Positions 52,046-61,422 of a DNA stretch of 64,000 nucleotides are shown here, piece after piece. The notes beneath the pieces were generated by a model. It was not told where the DNA came from and ran no database searches. It worked only from the letters and a program-made list of their open reading frames with translations. This DNA is from Candidatus Aldehydirespiratoraceae bacterium (GTDB lineage: Bacteria; Actinomycetota; Acidimicrobiia; Acidimicrobiales; Aldehydirespiratoraceae), in assembly GCA_965221635.1 (NCBI GenBank), contig OZ244902.1, positions 479,957 through 543,956 on the forward strand, written 5' to 3'. Positions within the stretch are counted from its first letter, which is position 1, and each line of letters begins with the position of its first letter. The translations under genes were made by a program, and so were the position numbers.

Positions 52046-52384
52046 GTGCTTCGCAAACAATCGCAAGAGGAATCTGCCGACGCCGACGACACTGAGGCTG
52101 CGGCGCCAAACGACGAGCAGGCTCCGGAAGCCGAATCGGATTGCTCCGCCGAGGCGCCCGTTGAGCCTTCTTCGGGTGACGATCCCGGCTACGCCGAGGC
52201 AATGGAAGAACTGGAGCAGATCCTTGCCGACCTTGAAGGTGAGGACGCCGACGTGGACGTGCTGGGAATGCGCGTGGAACGGGCTGCGCATCTCATTGAG
52301 GTTTGCCGACGGCGCATCACCGATGCCCGGATGAAGGTGGAGCAGGTGGTGATAAGGATCGATCCCGACCTGAACGCCGACTAG
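52046..52384 (+). CDS. xseB: exodeoxyribonuclease VII small subunit
   Basis: The C-terminal YAEAMEELEQILADLEGEDADVDVLGMRVERAAHLIEVCRRRITDARMKVEQV is XseB-like. Start placed at GTG 52046 with GGGAGA upstream. The ORF opens at 51986. An acidic N-terminal extension remains either way. Confidence 0.7.
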   Translation: MLRKQSQEESADADDTEAAAPNDEQAPEAESDCSAEAPVEPSSGDDPGYAEAMEELEQILADLEGEDADVDVLGMRVERAAHLIEVCRRRITDARMKVEQVVIRIDPDLNAD

Positions 52385-52546
52385 CCACACCCGTCCTCCG
52401 GGCTGAGCTTCAAATCTGAATTGTGGTACAAATTAGTTTCTTGTACTGAAGTAGCGCAAGTGTTCGCCTGTTCCGGCGACGCGGTTGTGTTGGGGCGTAG
52501 GCTGGTCTCAACCATTACCGGACTCCGAAACGAAGGGACAGGAACA

Positions 52547-52972
52547 ATGGACAGCTTTGATCTTGGAGGTTTGAACTACTGGGCGGTCCTGGTGGCCGTG
52601 GTGTTCAACCAGGTGCTCGGCGCGGCCTGGTACAGCATGTTGGCCAAGCCTTGGATGGCCGAGGTTGGCCTCTCATCAGAAGACATGGAAGCCATGAAGG
52701 GCACGCCTCGACAGTGGTATCCCTACGTGGTTGCCATTGTTGCCGCGATCGTTTTCACCATCGCTTTGGCGCTGTTGGCCCAGGGCCTGTCGGTTGACGG
52801 CTTCGGCGAGGGACTCGGCCTTGGGCTGATGGCGGCCGTCGGGTTCATTTGCACCACCAACGCCCTGAACTACTCGTTTGAGGGTCGCAGCCTGAAGCTG
52901 TTTCTCATCAACAGCGGCTACCCGTTGGTGTCCTACAGCGTGATCGGCATCCTGCTCGGCACCTGGACATAG
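52547..52972 (+). CDS. DUF1761-family membrane protein
   Basis: Start at ATG 52547 (MDSFDLGGLNYWAVLVAVVFNQVLGAAWYS...). It has four hydrophobic spans. Confidence 0.65.
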   Translation: MDSFDLGGLNYWAVLVAVVFNQVLGAAWYSMLAKPWMAEVGLSSEDMEAMKGTPRQWYPYVVAIVAAIVFTIALALLAQGLSVDGFGEGLGLGLMAAVGFICTTNALNYSFEGRSLKLFLINSGYPLVSYSVIGILLGTWT

Positions 52973-52975
52973 CAC

Positions 52976-54187
52976 TTGGCGCCCGGCTGCGCAACTGCGC
53001 TGCGGGGCACACACTGGGCGGGTCGAGGCGAGGCTGAGTATCGTCGGCTCGTGCCTCGCAGCGACCCGCCGGCCGCTCTCACCACGGTCGCTCGGCGGAT
53101 CGATTCGCTGCTTGATGGCCTGCTCGCGGCTGAGCGCGCCCGCTGGAGGCAACTTGATCCAGCGCTGGAAGAACCGCTGGACGACCTGTCACAGTTGGTG
53201 CTCTCGGGCGGCAAGCGCATCCGTCCCGCCTACTGCTACTGGGGATGGGTGATCGCCGGAGGCGCCAATTCCGACCTTGGGGGCGCGTCCGGGCACCCCG
53301 CGGGCGGGCACCTGTCGGGTGGGCAACCCGAAGCGGCCGGGAGCGAGCGGCTGGTGCTTGCGCCGGTGTGCGCAGCCGGATGCGCGCTGGAGCTGCTGCA
53401 CGCCTTCGCCTTGGTACACGACGACGTGATGGACGCCTCCCCCACCAGGCGCAACGCCCCCTCGGTGTGGGCGAAGTTCGTGGCTCGCCACCAGCAGCGC
53501 AACTGGCACGGCGAGACCCGTCGTTTCGGGGAGTCGGCGGCCGTTTTGGTGGGTGACATGGCAATGGTGCTCGCCGACCAAACCCTCGGCGCCGTGCCCG
53601 CAGAGGCTCGAGGCGTGTGGGACACGCTGCGCACCGAGCTGAACATGGGCCAGTACCTCGACGTGGCGGGAACCGCCCGGGGCGGGGTGAGCGCAGCTGA
53701 GGCCCGAACGATCATCGAGCACAAGACGGCCGGTTACACAGTGGTGCGGCCGCTGCAACTGGGCGCCGCGCTGGCGGGGCGACCCGACCTGGCCGACGCG
53801 TTGGATCGTTACGGCCGGCCCGTGGGCACCGCCTTTCAGCTTCGCGACGACGTGCTCGGCGCGTTCGGCGACCCGTCGGCCACGGGCAAACCGGTGGGTG
53901 ACGACCTTCGCGAGAACAAGCCGACTCTGCTGATGGCACTGGCGCGCAGCGCAGCCGACGAAGCGCAGCTCGCCGTTTTGGACACTTGTGGCCCGGCCAT
54001 GGACCACACCGCCATGGCCGCGGTGCAGCAGGTGATCACCGACACCGGCGCCCTGGCCGCAATCGAGACCGAAATCGACACCCTGTTGGGCAGCGCCCTC
54101 GCCGCCATCGAACACCTGCCCGAGGTGCTACACGCCCGTGAGGCGCTGGTCGATCTCGCTCGCTACGTGGCCGCAAGGCGCACCTGA
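52976..54187 (+). CDS. polyprenyl (geranylgeranyl) diphosphate synthase
   Basis: First and second Asp-rich motifs are LVHDDVMD and FQLRDDVLG. The real start may be GTG 53051. A Gly/Ser-rich insert precedes motif 1. Confidence 0.8.
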   Translation: MAPGCATALRGTHWAGRGEAEYRRLVPRSDPPAALTTVARRIDSLLDGLLAAERARWRQLDPALEEPLDDLSQLVLSGGKRIRPAYCYWGWVIAGGANSDLGGASGHPAGGHLSGGQPEAAGSERLVLAPVCAAGCALELLHAFALVHDDVMDASPTRRNAPSVWAKFVARHQQRNWHGETRRFGESAAVLVGDMAMVLADQTLGAVPAEARGVWDTLRTELNMGQYLDVAGTARGGVSAAEARTIIEHKTAGYTVVRPLQLGAALAGRPDLADALDRYGRPVGTAFQLRDDVLGAFGDPSATGKPVGDDLRENKPTLLMALARSAADEAQLAVLDTCGPAMDHTAMAAVQQVITDTGALAAIETEIDTLLGSALAAIEHLPEVLHAREALVDLARYVAARRT

Positions 54188-54362
54188 AACACCCCCCAGG
54201 CGGCGCCGCAACCACATCCCAAGGCGGCTTCAGACCCCACCGGCCACAGCCACCATCACACTCCGCGCTTCTCACTCCGCAACAGGCCCGCGCCCGCACC
54301 AATCCAAGTGACATCCGCCACAGGCAAACCGCCACATTCAGCACGGGGGGCGTCGGTAGCGT

Positions 54363-55490
54363 TTGCTGGTGCAGAGTCCGGTTCGCCTCGTTTACCTGCT
54401 GCGACCTGCGGTTGGGATTGGCATTTTGCTTGCGGTGGGCTTCGGTGTGCTCGCCTTCGTGTCCACGCCGTTCTTGTTGCCCGAGATCACCGATCACTAC
54501 GGAATCGGCCTGGGTGTGGCCTCGCTGATCGGTGTGGCGCAGTTGGGTGGTTTCGTGATCGCCACCTGGGCCGCGGGGCGTTGGTTGCAACCCCGAGAGA
54601 AGGTGTTCGTGGCCGGGGTGGGCATGGCTGCATTCGCCAATCTGGTGTCCGCTGCGCTGCCTGTCTTTGGGCTGCTGGTGGCGTTGCGATTGTTGAGCGG
54701 GCTGGCTTTGGGGCTGCTGGCTTGGTACGGCTGGGTGCAGGCATTCGGCGACTCGCGGCGCATGAGCGACGTGACCGTGTCGGGCCCCGTGGTCGGGGTT
54801 GTGGCGGCGCCCATGGTGTCCACCCTTCTCGACGCGGGCGGCCCTCGGATTGTGTTCCTGGTGCTGGCCGGGGTTTCGCTGCTGCCGTTGGTGTTCGGCT
54901 ACCGAAGCCAGGTTCGGGAACTCCCGCAGCGGGGCACGCGCAACCGCGCAATGCCCGCGGCCCGTGTGCTGCTGATCTGTTTGGGCCTGTTCACCTTGGG
55001 CGGGTCTTCGGTGTTCGTGTACGCCGTGGTGCTGGGCACCGGCGAGCCGAACTTGTCGGTGTCGATGATCGCCACCGGTTTCAGTCTCAATGCCGTGGTT
55101 GCGATCCCCGCGGCGGGATGGAAGTCGCTGCGACAGTTGCCGAGCCTGCCCATGGCCGCCACCGCAATTTGTGCGCTGTTGATGACCACCGCCGGTTCGG
55201 ACTGGTTGTTTCTCGCTGCGCTGATCGTGTGGGGGTTCTTCTTCTGGCTTGCAGTCCCCGGGGTGTTCGAGGTGCTCGCGAGCCGGTCGCGCTACCCCGA
55301 GGAGAGGGTTGGCGACGCCCAGTCCGTGATGGCAGCGGGACGTGCCGGCGGCCCGCTGCTAGGCGGCTTGCTCATCGACAGCGCAGGCGCAGTGATTCTC
55401 GGCGTGGTGGGCGCCGGTCTAATGGTGATCGCCGCCGCGGGAGTGTTCACCACCCGCAGCATCGCCAAACCCGTCGAAAGCCTCCAGTAA
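54363..55490 (+). CDS. MFS transporter
   Basis: 375 aa with about 11-12 hydrophobic spans. Preferred over the overlapping Arg-rich ORF 54308-55864. Confidence 0.65.
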   Translation: MLVQSPVRLVYLLRPAVGIGILLAVGFGVLAFVSTPFLLPEITDHYGIGLGVASLIGVAQLGGFVIATWAAGRWLQPREKVFVAGVGMAAFANLVSAALPVFGLLVALRLLSGLALGLLAWYGWVQAFGDSRRMSDVTVSGPVVGVVAAPMVSTLLDAGGPRIVFLVLAGVSLLPLVFGYRSQVRELPQRGTRNRAMPAARVLLICLGLFTLGGSSVFVYAVVLGTGEPNLSVSMIATGFSLNAVVAIPAAGWKSLRQLPSLPMAATAICALLMTTAGSDWLFLAALIVWGFFFWLAVPGVFEVLASRSRYPEERVGDAQSVMAAGRAGGPLLGGLLIDSAGAVILGVVGAGLMVIAAAGVFTTRSIAKPVESLQ

Positions 55491-55504
55491 CCCCTCCCCC
55501 GCGC

Positions 55505-55768
55505 TCAGGCCCGGCTCGGATCACCGTTCACGATGGCGGTCACCGCCCGCCGACCGAGGCCGGACACCTCGCCCAGTTGCCGAAGCGAGGCACCCGCACG
55601 GTGGGCCACTCGGATCATGTCGTCACGCAGTGCCGCTTCGCGCACCACTCGATCTGCGCTGAGCCCCACAACCGCCAGCGCGGCGCCAACCTCTCCGTCC
55701 AGGTCTCCCCGGAACTTCCCCATGGCCTCGTTGGCCACTGCAATCTCGGTTTCGGAGTAGCTCATCAT
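55505..55768 (-). CDS. small HTH-containing protein
   Basis: 87 aa from ATG 55768 (MMSYSETEIAV...). The C-terminal AGASLRQLGEVSGLGRRAVTAIV looks like a helix-turn-helix. There is an ATGA overlap with the upstream small ORF. Confidence 0.5.
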   Translation of the reverse strand: MMSYSETEIAVANEAMGKFRGDLDGEVGAALAVVGLSADRVVREAALRDDMIRVAHRAGASLRQLGEVSGLGRRAVTAIVNGDPSRA

Positions 55769-55923
55769 TCCTCCCGCAACCCGGCAGCAAGCTTGTCCCG
55801 CAAGGTCATCAGCAAAGGGATTCTCGCCGAAGCTTCCCCAACAGCCTCCGCCGCGTTCAGGTGAGCCAAGGTCATCGCCAGAAGCTCCAGTGCCTCCACC
55901 CTGTGCAACTCCAAGCGCACCAT
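55765..55923 (-). CDS. small helical hypothetical protein, coupled to the HTH protein
   Basis: 52 aa from ATG 55923 (MVRLELHRVEALELLAMTLAHLNAAEAVGEASARIPLLMTLRDKLAAGLREE). Its stop overlaps the next start. Confidence 0.4.
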   Translation of the reverse strand: MVRLELHRVEALELLAMTLAHLNAAEAVGEASARIPLLMTLRDKLAAGLREE

Positions 55924-56032
55924 ATGGCACGATCCTAACCGGCGCCGGCCCAAAATGAACCACTTGGAACGACATCAGGCGAGGAGATTCGGGGTCGGGC
56001 GGTCTCAATGAGCGAGGGCGACGTGGCAGGGT

Positions 56033-56842
56033 GTGGGAGTGATCGTGGTGGCCACCGCTTGCGATGAACTTGCCGGGGTGCGCGAGCGGATGCGTGCTCT
56101 GGGCGTGGCGTCGATCGAGGTTGTGGTTCCGGGTGGCGGCCGGCGCCTATTGATGGGCGCCGCTCCCGACCCTTTCGTCGAAGCCGAGATGGTGGTGTCG
56201 CTTCGGGCCGAGGGGGACATCGCCGTGGTGAGACCTGACGGCGGGGCTGCTCTGGTGGCTTGGCTGCGCGACACCCGCCCGGTGATTTTCGGTGATCGTC
56301 TCAGCGTTTGCCATGTGTTCGCCGAGCACGACCGCAGCGCTCTGCCTGGACTGATCGAACTGGGCCTCGGGGGATTCGGCAACGGCCACCATCCCACCAC
56401 CCGTGTGATGGTGGAGCTGCTCATGGATCGGATCAACGGTGGCGAGCGGGTGCTGGACGTTGGTTGCGGCAGCGGAATCCTCGGCCTGTGCGCGCTCAAG
56501 TTGGGCGCATCACAGGTGACAGCGGTGGACAGCAACCCGCACGCCGTAACCGCAACACGACGCAACGCGGAGCTCAACGCCATGGCCGACCACGTGCACA
56601 CCGCCGCTGATCTGCGTTGCGTCGCCGATGCCTTTGACGTGGTGTTGGCCAACGTGGCCAGGGCGGGCATAGTGGAACTCGCATCCCAACTGGTGTGCCG
56701 CGTGGCGCCCGGCGGCCTGCTCGCGGTGGGCGGCATCACACCGGCACAATGCGATCAGGTGGTGGGGTTCCTCCGCCCCATGGTGGAGATCGAAAGAAGA
56801 ACGCAGGACCAATGGACAACCCTGGCGCTCACCACACCATGA
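56033..56842 (+). CDS. prmA: ribosomal protein L11 methyltransferase-like SAM methyltransferase
   Basis: GFGNGHHPTTRVMVELL...RVLDVGCGSGILGLCALKLGASQVTAVDSNPHAV is the PrmA pattern. Confidence 0.7.
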   Translation: MGVIVVATACDELAGVRERMRALGVASIEVVVPGGGRRLLMGAAPDPFVEAEMVVSLRAEGDIAVVRPDGGAALVAWLRDTRPVIFGDRLSVCHVFAEHDRSALPGLIELGLGGFGNGHHPTTRVMVELLMDRINGGERVLDVGCGSGILGLCALKLGASQVTAVDSNPHAVTATRRNAELNAMADHVHTAADLRCVADAFDVVLANVARAGIVELASQLVCRVAPGGLLAVGGITPAQCDQVVGFLRPMVEIERRTQDQWTTLALTTP

Positions 56843-56927
56843 ACCCGGCACCAACCCCCTGGTGCACATTCGGCACCACCCCAAAGGGCACCATCACAGC
56901 GAGTCAAACACCTCCCAGGGCGTGTCG

Positions 56928-57019
56928 GGTGTCAAAAACCGACATTGAAGCCTGTCAAAAACCGGGATTCTGACCTGTCAAAAACCGGGATTCTGACCTG
57001 TCAAAAACCAGCATCCAAG
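56928..57019 (+). repeat. four tandem 23-nt repeats (CCTGTCAAAAACCGGGATTCTGA)
   Basis: Units are at 56928, 56951, 56974 and 56997. The two central units are identical and the outer ones diverge in their 3' halves. The array ends 69 nt before the DUF418 start. Confidence 0.9.
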
Positions 57020-57087
57020 GCTGCCGAGAGCTGGCCTCCATTCCCGCCGGGTTCAGTAGCGTCACACGAGAGAGGAAACGAAGTGAC

Positions 57088-58209
57088 ATGAAGTCATCTG
57101 TGGTGGCGCCGACGACGCTTGGTGATCGGATCACCAGCTTGGACACGATTCGTGGCGTGGCCGTGTTGGGAATACTCACCATGAACGCCGTGTCCTACGG
57201 GTTTGTGAACGTGGGGCCCTACTTCAACATCGACGCCTCAAGTCCGCAAAGTTGGCTGGACTGGATCATCGGCGCAACCGGCGAGATCTTCTTTGATCAG
57301 AAGTTCATGGCCTTGTTCTCCATGCTGTTCGGCGCGGGGATCGCGCTGTTCGCCGATCGGGCCGCCGCCAAGGCCAAACGTGCCACGCTGCTCAGCCTGT
57401 GGCGCAACTTGTTGCTGCTGGTGATCGGCTTGGCGCACACGGCACTGTGGGTAGGCGACGTTCTGGTGCTGTACGCGCTTTGTTCACCGGTTCTGCTTGT
57501 GCTGCGAAAGCGATCACCTCGCTTCCTGCTGGTAGCGGGCGGGCTGTTGATGCTCGTCTCACCGGTCGCAGCGATCCCGGCGCAGGCAACCATCGGCGCC
57601 GACGGCGGAGGTCTCGGCGAGTACTGGGGCATCAGCGGGGAGATGTCCGACGCGGTGGGACTGTGGATTCTCGCGGATCTCTTCGGGCGGGCCTTGGCGA
57701 TGATGCTCATCGGTGTGGCCCTCTACAGAACCGGGTTCCTGTCCGGCACCATGACCCGGCGCGCCTATCGCCGATTTGCGCTGTGGGGGGCAGGCGTGGG
57801 GTTGCTTCTCAGCGCCGGCGGATTTGCGTGGGTGGCGGGGTCGGGGTTCAGCCCCGGCGTGGCGTTGATCGGCACGATCCCGAACACCGTCGCCACCATC
57901 GCGGTGAGCCTGGGCTATGCGAGCTTGATCATCCTGTGGCACAAGCGAACCACCAGCGGCGCCCTCAACGCACGAGTGCGAGACGTGGGCCGGATGGCGC
58001 TCACCAACTACCTCACCCAAACCGTGCTCGGGGTCGTGGTGCTGCGCGGCTTGTTCGACCCCGACGACATCAGCCGAACGTGGCTGGTGGTGTTCATCGG
58101 CGCGGTCTGGGCGCTGCAGTTGTGGTGGTCGAGGGCGTGGCTTGCACGCTTCCGCTACGGCCCAGCGGAATGGACTTGGCGTCTGGCCACCTACCGTCGC
58201 ATTCCCTAA
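57088..58209 (+). CDS. DUF418 (YeiB-like) membrane protein
   Basis: 373 aa. LDTIRGVAVLGILTMNAVSYG plus multiple TM spans and the C-terminal RFRYGPAEWTWR motif. Confidence 0.75.
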   Translation: MKSSVVAPTTLGDRITSLDTIRGVAVLGILTMNAVSYGFVNVGPYFNIDASSPQSWLDWIIGATGEIFFDQKFMALFSMLFGAGIALFADRAAAKAKRATLLSLWRNLLLLVIGLAHTALWVGDVLVLYALCSPVLLVLRKRSPRFLLVAGGLLMLVSPVAAIPAQATIGADGGGLGEYWGISGEMSDAVGLWILADLFGRALAMMLIGVALYRTGFLSGTMTRRAYRRFALWGAGVGLLLSAGGFAWVAGSGFSPGVALIGTIPNTVATIAVSLGYASLIILWHKRTTSGALNARVRDVGRMALTNYLTQTVLGVVVLRGLFDPDDISRTWLVVFIGAVWALQLWWSRAWLARFRYGPAEWTWRLATYRRIP

Positions 58210-58321
58210 CCGGTGATCGCCAAGGCCCCAGAGCGAAAAAGGCTCAAGCCCCAGCCAATATCCTGCATCCCCGGACGTCAGGATCCGTTGGCGCGTGGGT
58301 CCTGGAGGCGCCCTCGGAGCG

Positions 58322-59608
58322 TTACGGCCCTAGCAGCGCCACCGGCACCACTGCAATCCCGTCTTGACGTCTGTAGGCGTACGGGCCGGTGGTGAGCACC
58401 ACAGCATCGGCGAGTTCGTCCCCGATTTCGTTGCGAAGCCAGTGGAGGTGGCGCACATCGGCGTCGTTCACCGTTTGTGACAGCTTTACTTCGACTGCAA
58501 CCACCCGACGGTCCCACCCCACGACCACAAAATCGATCTCGCGGTGACCTCCCCACGTGCGAAGGTGATTCACCGACGCCTCGCTTGACTGGGCGTAAAC
58601 GCGCAGATTCAACGCCACCAAAGACTCGAACAGAGCACCCAACAGAGTGCCGTCTCGTGGTATCTCAGGTCCAGCCGAAGCGCCCTTCATCAGTGTGTCT
58701 GCCTCGATGCGGAGCAGCGCGGCTGCCAGGGCAGGATCAGCAAGGCTGTGCTTGGGCCCTTCGGCGAGTCGGGCCAATCGATTACGGGTCGGTGTCCATG
58801 CCGGAACGGGATCGAGGACGTAGAGGCCCTCCAGGGTGTCTATGTACGGTGCCGTCGCCTTGCGGCTGGGTTTGTCTCCGTGGCCCGCGGTGGCGGCGTC
58901 ACGTATCTTCTCGTAGGACGCTGTGGTGGAGGTGGCCGCTGCGTAAGCGACAAGCCAGCGACGAAGCGCGGCGGGGTTGCGGATATTGCGACCCGACTCG
59001 GGGAAGTCCCTGTCGACAATGCGGTTGACGTAACCGGCAAGCGCAGCGCGGCGCACCTTCGGCGACACGTGTCGCAACCCTGGAAAACCACCCTTGAGGA
59101 TCTCCGAGACGTAGTCCCCCAGCCGGGCGGCTGTGTGGCCGAACACCTTGGGGCGCTCTCCGGCGAGCATGGAGGAGAGACTCACCGCAGGCGAGAGCCA
59201 CAGCTCTGTGTCTCGTCGTTCGCGCAGGCTCAGGGGCCGCATCCGCACGCTGACAATGCGGCCTGCGCCTGAGTGTGTTGGTGGCGTTGACGGAGAAGCT
59301 GACCCTGTGAGAAGGAACCGACCCGCAGACGGATCATCGTCCACGCAACGGCGGACCACATCCCAGCTGGAAGGCATTCGCTGCCACTCGTCAACCACGG
59401 TAAGCCCAGGATTTTGGTCGAGTAGCCAGGGGTCTGCTTGCAGGGCTTCGAGTTCGCCAGGATCGTCAAGTGCGAAGTAGTTGGAGCCCCGCTGGAGCGC
59501 GGTCGTTGTCTTGCCAGTGGCCCGCGGGCCCTCCAGGGAGACCGCAGGCAAGCCCGCGAGCAGTTCGTCGAGTTCGTCATCGACGACACGCCTCCAGTAT
59601 TCGCCCAT
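58322..59608 (-). CDS. AAA-family ATPase with DUF4143-type C-terminal domain
   Basis: 428 aa. Walker A GPRATGKTT and Walker B-like LTVVDEWQ. The C-terminal ...NHLRTWGGHREIDFVV... resembles the restriction-endonuclease-like DUF4143 end. Confidence 0.7.
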   Translation of the reverse strand: MGEYWRRVVDDELDELLAGLPAVSLEGPRATGKTTTALQRGSNYFALDDPGELEALQADPWLLDQNPGLTVVDEWQRMPSSWDVVRRCVDDDPSAGRFLLTGSASPSTPPTHSGAGRIVSVRMRPLSLRERRDTELWLSPAVSLSSMLAGERPKVFGHTAARLGDYVSEILKGGFPGLRHVSPKVRRAALAGYVNRIVDRDFPESGRNIRNPAALRRWLVAYAAATSTTASYEKIRDAATAGHGDKPSRKATAPYIDTLEGLYVLDPVPAWTPTRNRLARLAEGPKHSLADPALAAALLRIEADTLMKGASAGPEIPRDGTLLGALFESLVALNLRVYAQSSEASVNHLRTWGGHREIDFVVVGWDRRVVAVEVKLSQTVNDADVRHLHWLRNEIGDELADAVVLTTGPYAYRRQDGIAVVPVALLGP

Positions 59609-59650
59609 GGTCCTTCCTTCTGGTGGCCCGGTGCCCCTGTCTCAAGCCAA

Positions 59651-59765
59651 GGGTACAGCTTCGCGAGCTTCTAGGGTACAGCTTCGCGGGCTCTTAGGAT
59701 ACAACTTCGCGGACTATTAGGGTACAACTTCGCGGGCTCTTGGGGTACAACTTCGCGGGTTTGGG
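59651..59765 (+). repeat. five tandem 23-nt repeats (GGGTACAACTTCGCGGGCTCTTA consensus)
   Basis: Units are at 59651, 59674, 59697, 59720 and 59743. The array begins 43 nt upstream of the ATPase start codon at 59608. Confidence 0.9.
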
Positions 59766-59952
59766 AGTAGCGCTGATGGGATGATCATCTCCCTGCAGTC
59801 TGGGGCGACCTGAGACTCGGCTCGCTCTTGCCCGCGGCGGCCCCTGTCGGAGCCTGATATCGGGCGCCGGCTCTCGGCGCGGCAGGAGGGTGCCCCTCAG
59901 GCTTGCACCAGGCGCACGTCTTCGGTGCGACGGGGGTGTTGCCGGAGTGGGG

Positions 59953-61155
59953 TTAGCCGGCTATTGCTCTTTTTTGGCGGAGGTTGGCTATTTCTTGGGG
60001 GGTGAAGCCTGCTTCGGTGAGCACCTCATCCGTGTTCTGGCCTGGCCAGGTCGGTGAGGTTGTGGCGGCTTGGCCGGGGGTGCGGGACATGGGTGGCACT
60101 GGGGCCACCTCCACGGCATCGGGGTTGGGGGCCGGGTCGGCCGCGTCGTTGGCGGCTTGATCGGTGGCGTTCGGCAGCGGGGTGAACGTGCCTCGGGCCA
60201 GGTGGTGGGGGTGAGCGGCGGCCTCGTCGAAGGTGAGCACCGGCGCCACGCAGGCATCGGTGTGGGCCAGCAGATCGGCCCACTCGTCGCGGGTCTTCTG
60301 GGCGAACACCTCAGCCAGGCGGGCCTTGAGTTCGGGCCAGCGGGCCCGGTCGTACTGGTCGGGCAGGTCGTCGGCCTCACCGAGGCCGATCAAATCGAGC
60401 AACAGCTTGTAGAAGTGCGGCTCAATGGGCGCCACCGACAGGTACTTGCCGTCGGCGCACTCGTAGATGGAATAGAACGGCGCGCCACCGTCAAAGAGGT
60501 TCGAGCCCATCTCGTCGCTGTGCATCCCGGCAGCAGACATGCCGTAGAACACTCCCGCCAGCGACGCCACACCGTCGGTCATTGCGACGTCGATCACCTG
60601 ACCCTTCCCGCTGCGTGACGATTCCCACAACGCGCACACCACGCCGTAGGCCATGGTGAGTCCGCCACCGGCGAAGTCACCCATCACCTGAAGCAACGGC
60701 ACCGGCGGCCCACCGGCCGGGCCGATCGCCCGGATCAGCCCGGTGAGCGCCTCGTAGTTCAGCGAATGACCGGCGACTTGTGACAGTGGCCCTGTTTGAC
60801 CCCAGCCGGTGAGACGGGCATAGACGATTGCCGGGTTGACGGCCATCACCTGCTCGGGCCCCACGCCGAGCCGTTCCACCACTCCTGGCCGAAAGGCCTC
60901 CATGAACACGTGCGCCCCCTCGGCGAGACGCAGCACCGTGGCCACCCCGTCGGGATGCTTCAAATCCACCGCGATCGACCGGCGCCCGCGATCCCAGCTC
61001 GAGTACGGCCTCGGTTGCGGCGAGGCTGGCACCTTGCTGAGCCGGTCCACTCGCACCACGTCCGCGCCCATGTCGGCCAACCGCAACGACCCGTACGGCA
61101 GCGCACCCAAGCCGGCCAATTCCAACACACGCACACCCTCAAGAGGCCCAGGCAT
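59953..61155 (-). CDS. family III CoA-transferase (CaiB/BaiF; alpha-methylacyl-CoA racemase-like)
   Basis: Start re-picked at ATG 61155 (MPGPLEGVRVLELAGLGALPYGSLRLADMGADVVRVDR). A Pro/Ala-rich insert lies near the C-terminus. Confidence 0.8.
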   Translation of the reverse strand: MPGPLEGVRVLELAGLGALPYGSLRLADMGADVVRVDRLSKVPASPQPRPYSSWDRGRRSIAVDLKHPDGVATVLRLAEGAHVFMEAFRPGVVERLGVGPEQVMAVNPAIVYARLTGWGQTGPLSQVAGHSLNYEALTGLIRAIGPAGGPPVPLLQVMGDFAGGGLTMAYGVVCALWESSRSGKGQVIDVAMTDGVASLAGVFYGMSAAGMHSDEMGSNLFDGGAPFYSIYECADGKYLSVAPIEPHFYKLLLDLIGLGEADDLPDQYDRARWPELKARLAEVFAQKTRDEWADLLAHTDACVAPVLTFDEAAAHPHHLARGTFTPLPNATDQAANDAADPAPNPDAVEVAPVPPMSRTPGQAATTSPTWPGQNTDEVLTEAGFTPQEIANLRQKRAIAG

Positions 61156-61422
61156 CGACTCGCTCCTTCGTTCGTGTTCACATCGCGCCAGCGCGTTCTC
61201 GGTGGGACGCCGGCCGCGGTGAACTTGCATATCTGCCGGCCCTCGATTTCGCGCCTGATGCGGGCGCGGCTCGGCTCCAGGCTGAGTGCATCGTCGACTT
61301 CCGAGACTGACATTGGCCCACTTGTTGGTGCCGCACCGAAGCCGGTTCGGCAGGCCTGTCATGCGCCTGGCGCGCAGCCTGATGACCCAGACGCCGGCGG
61401 AGGGCCAACAGAAATCGGATCG

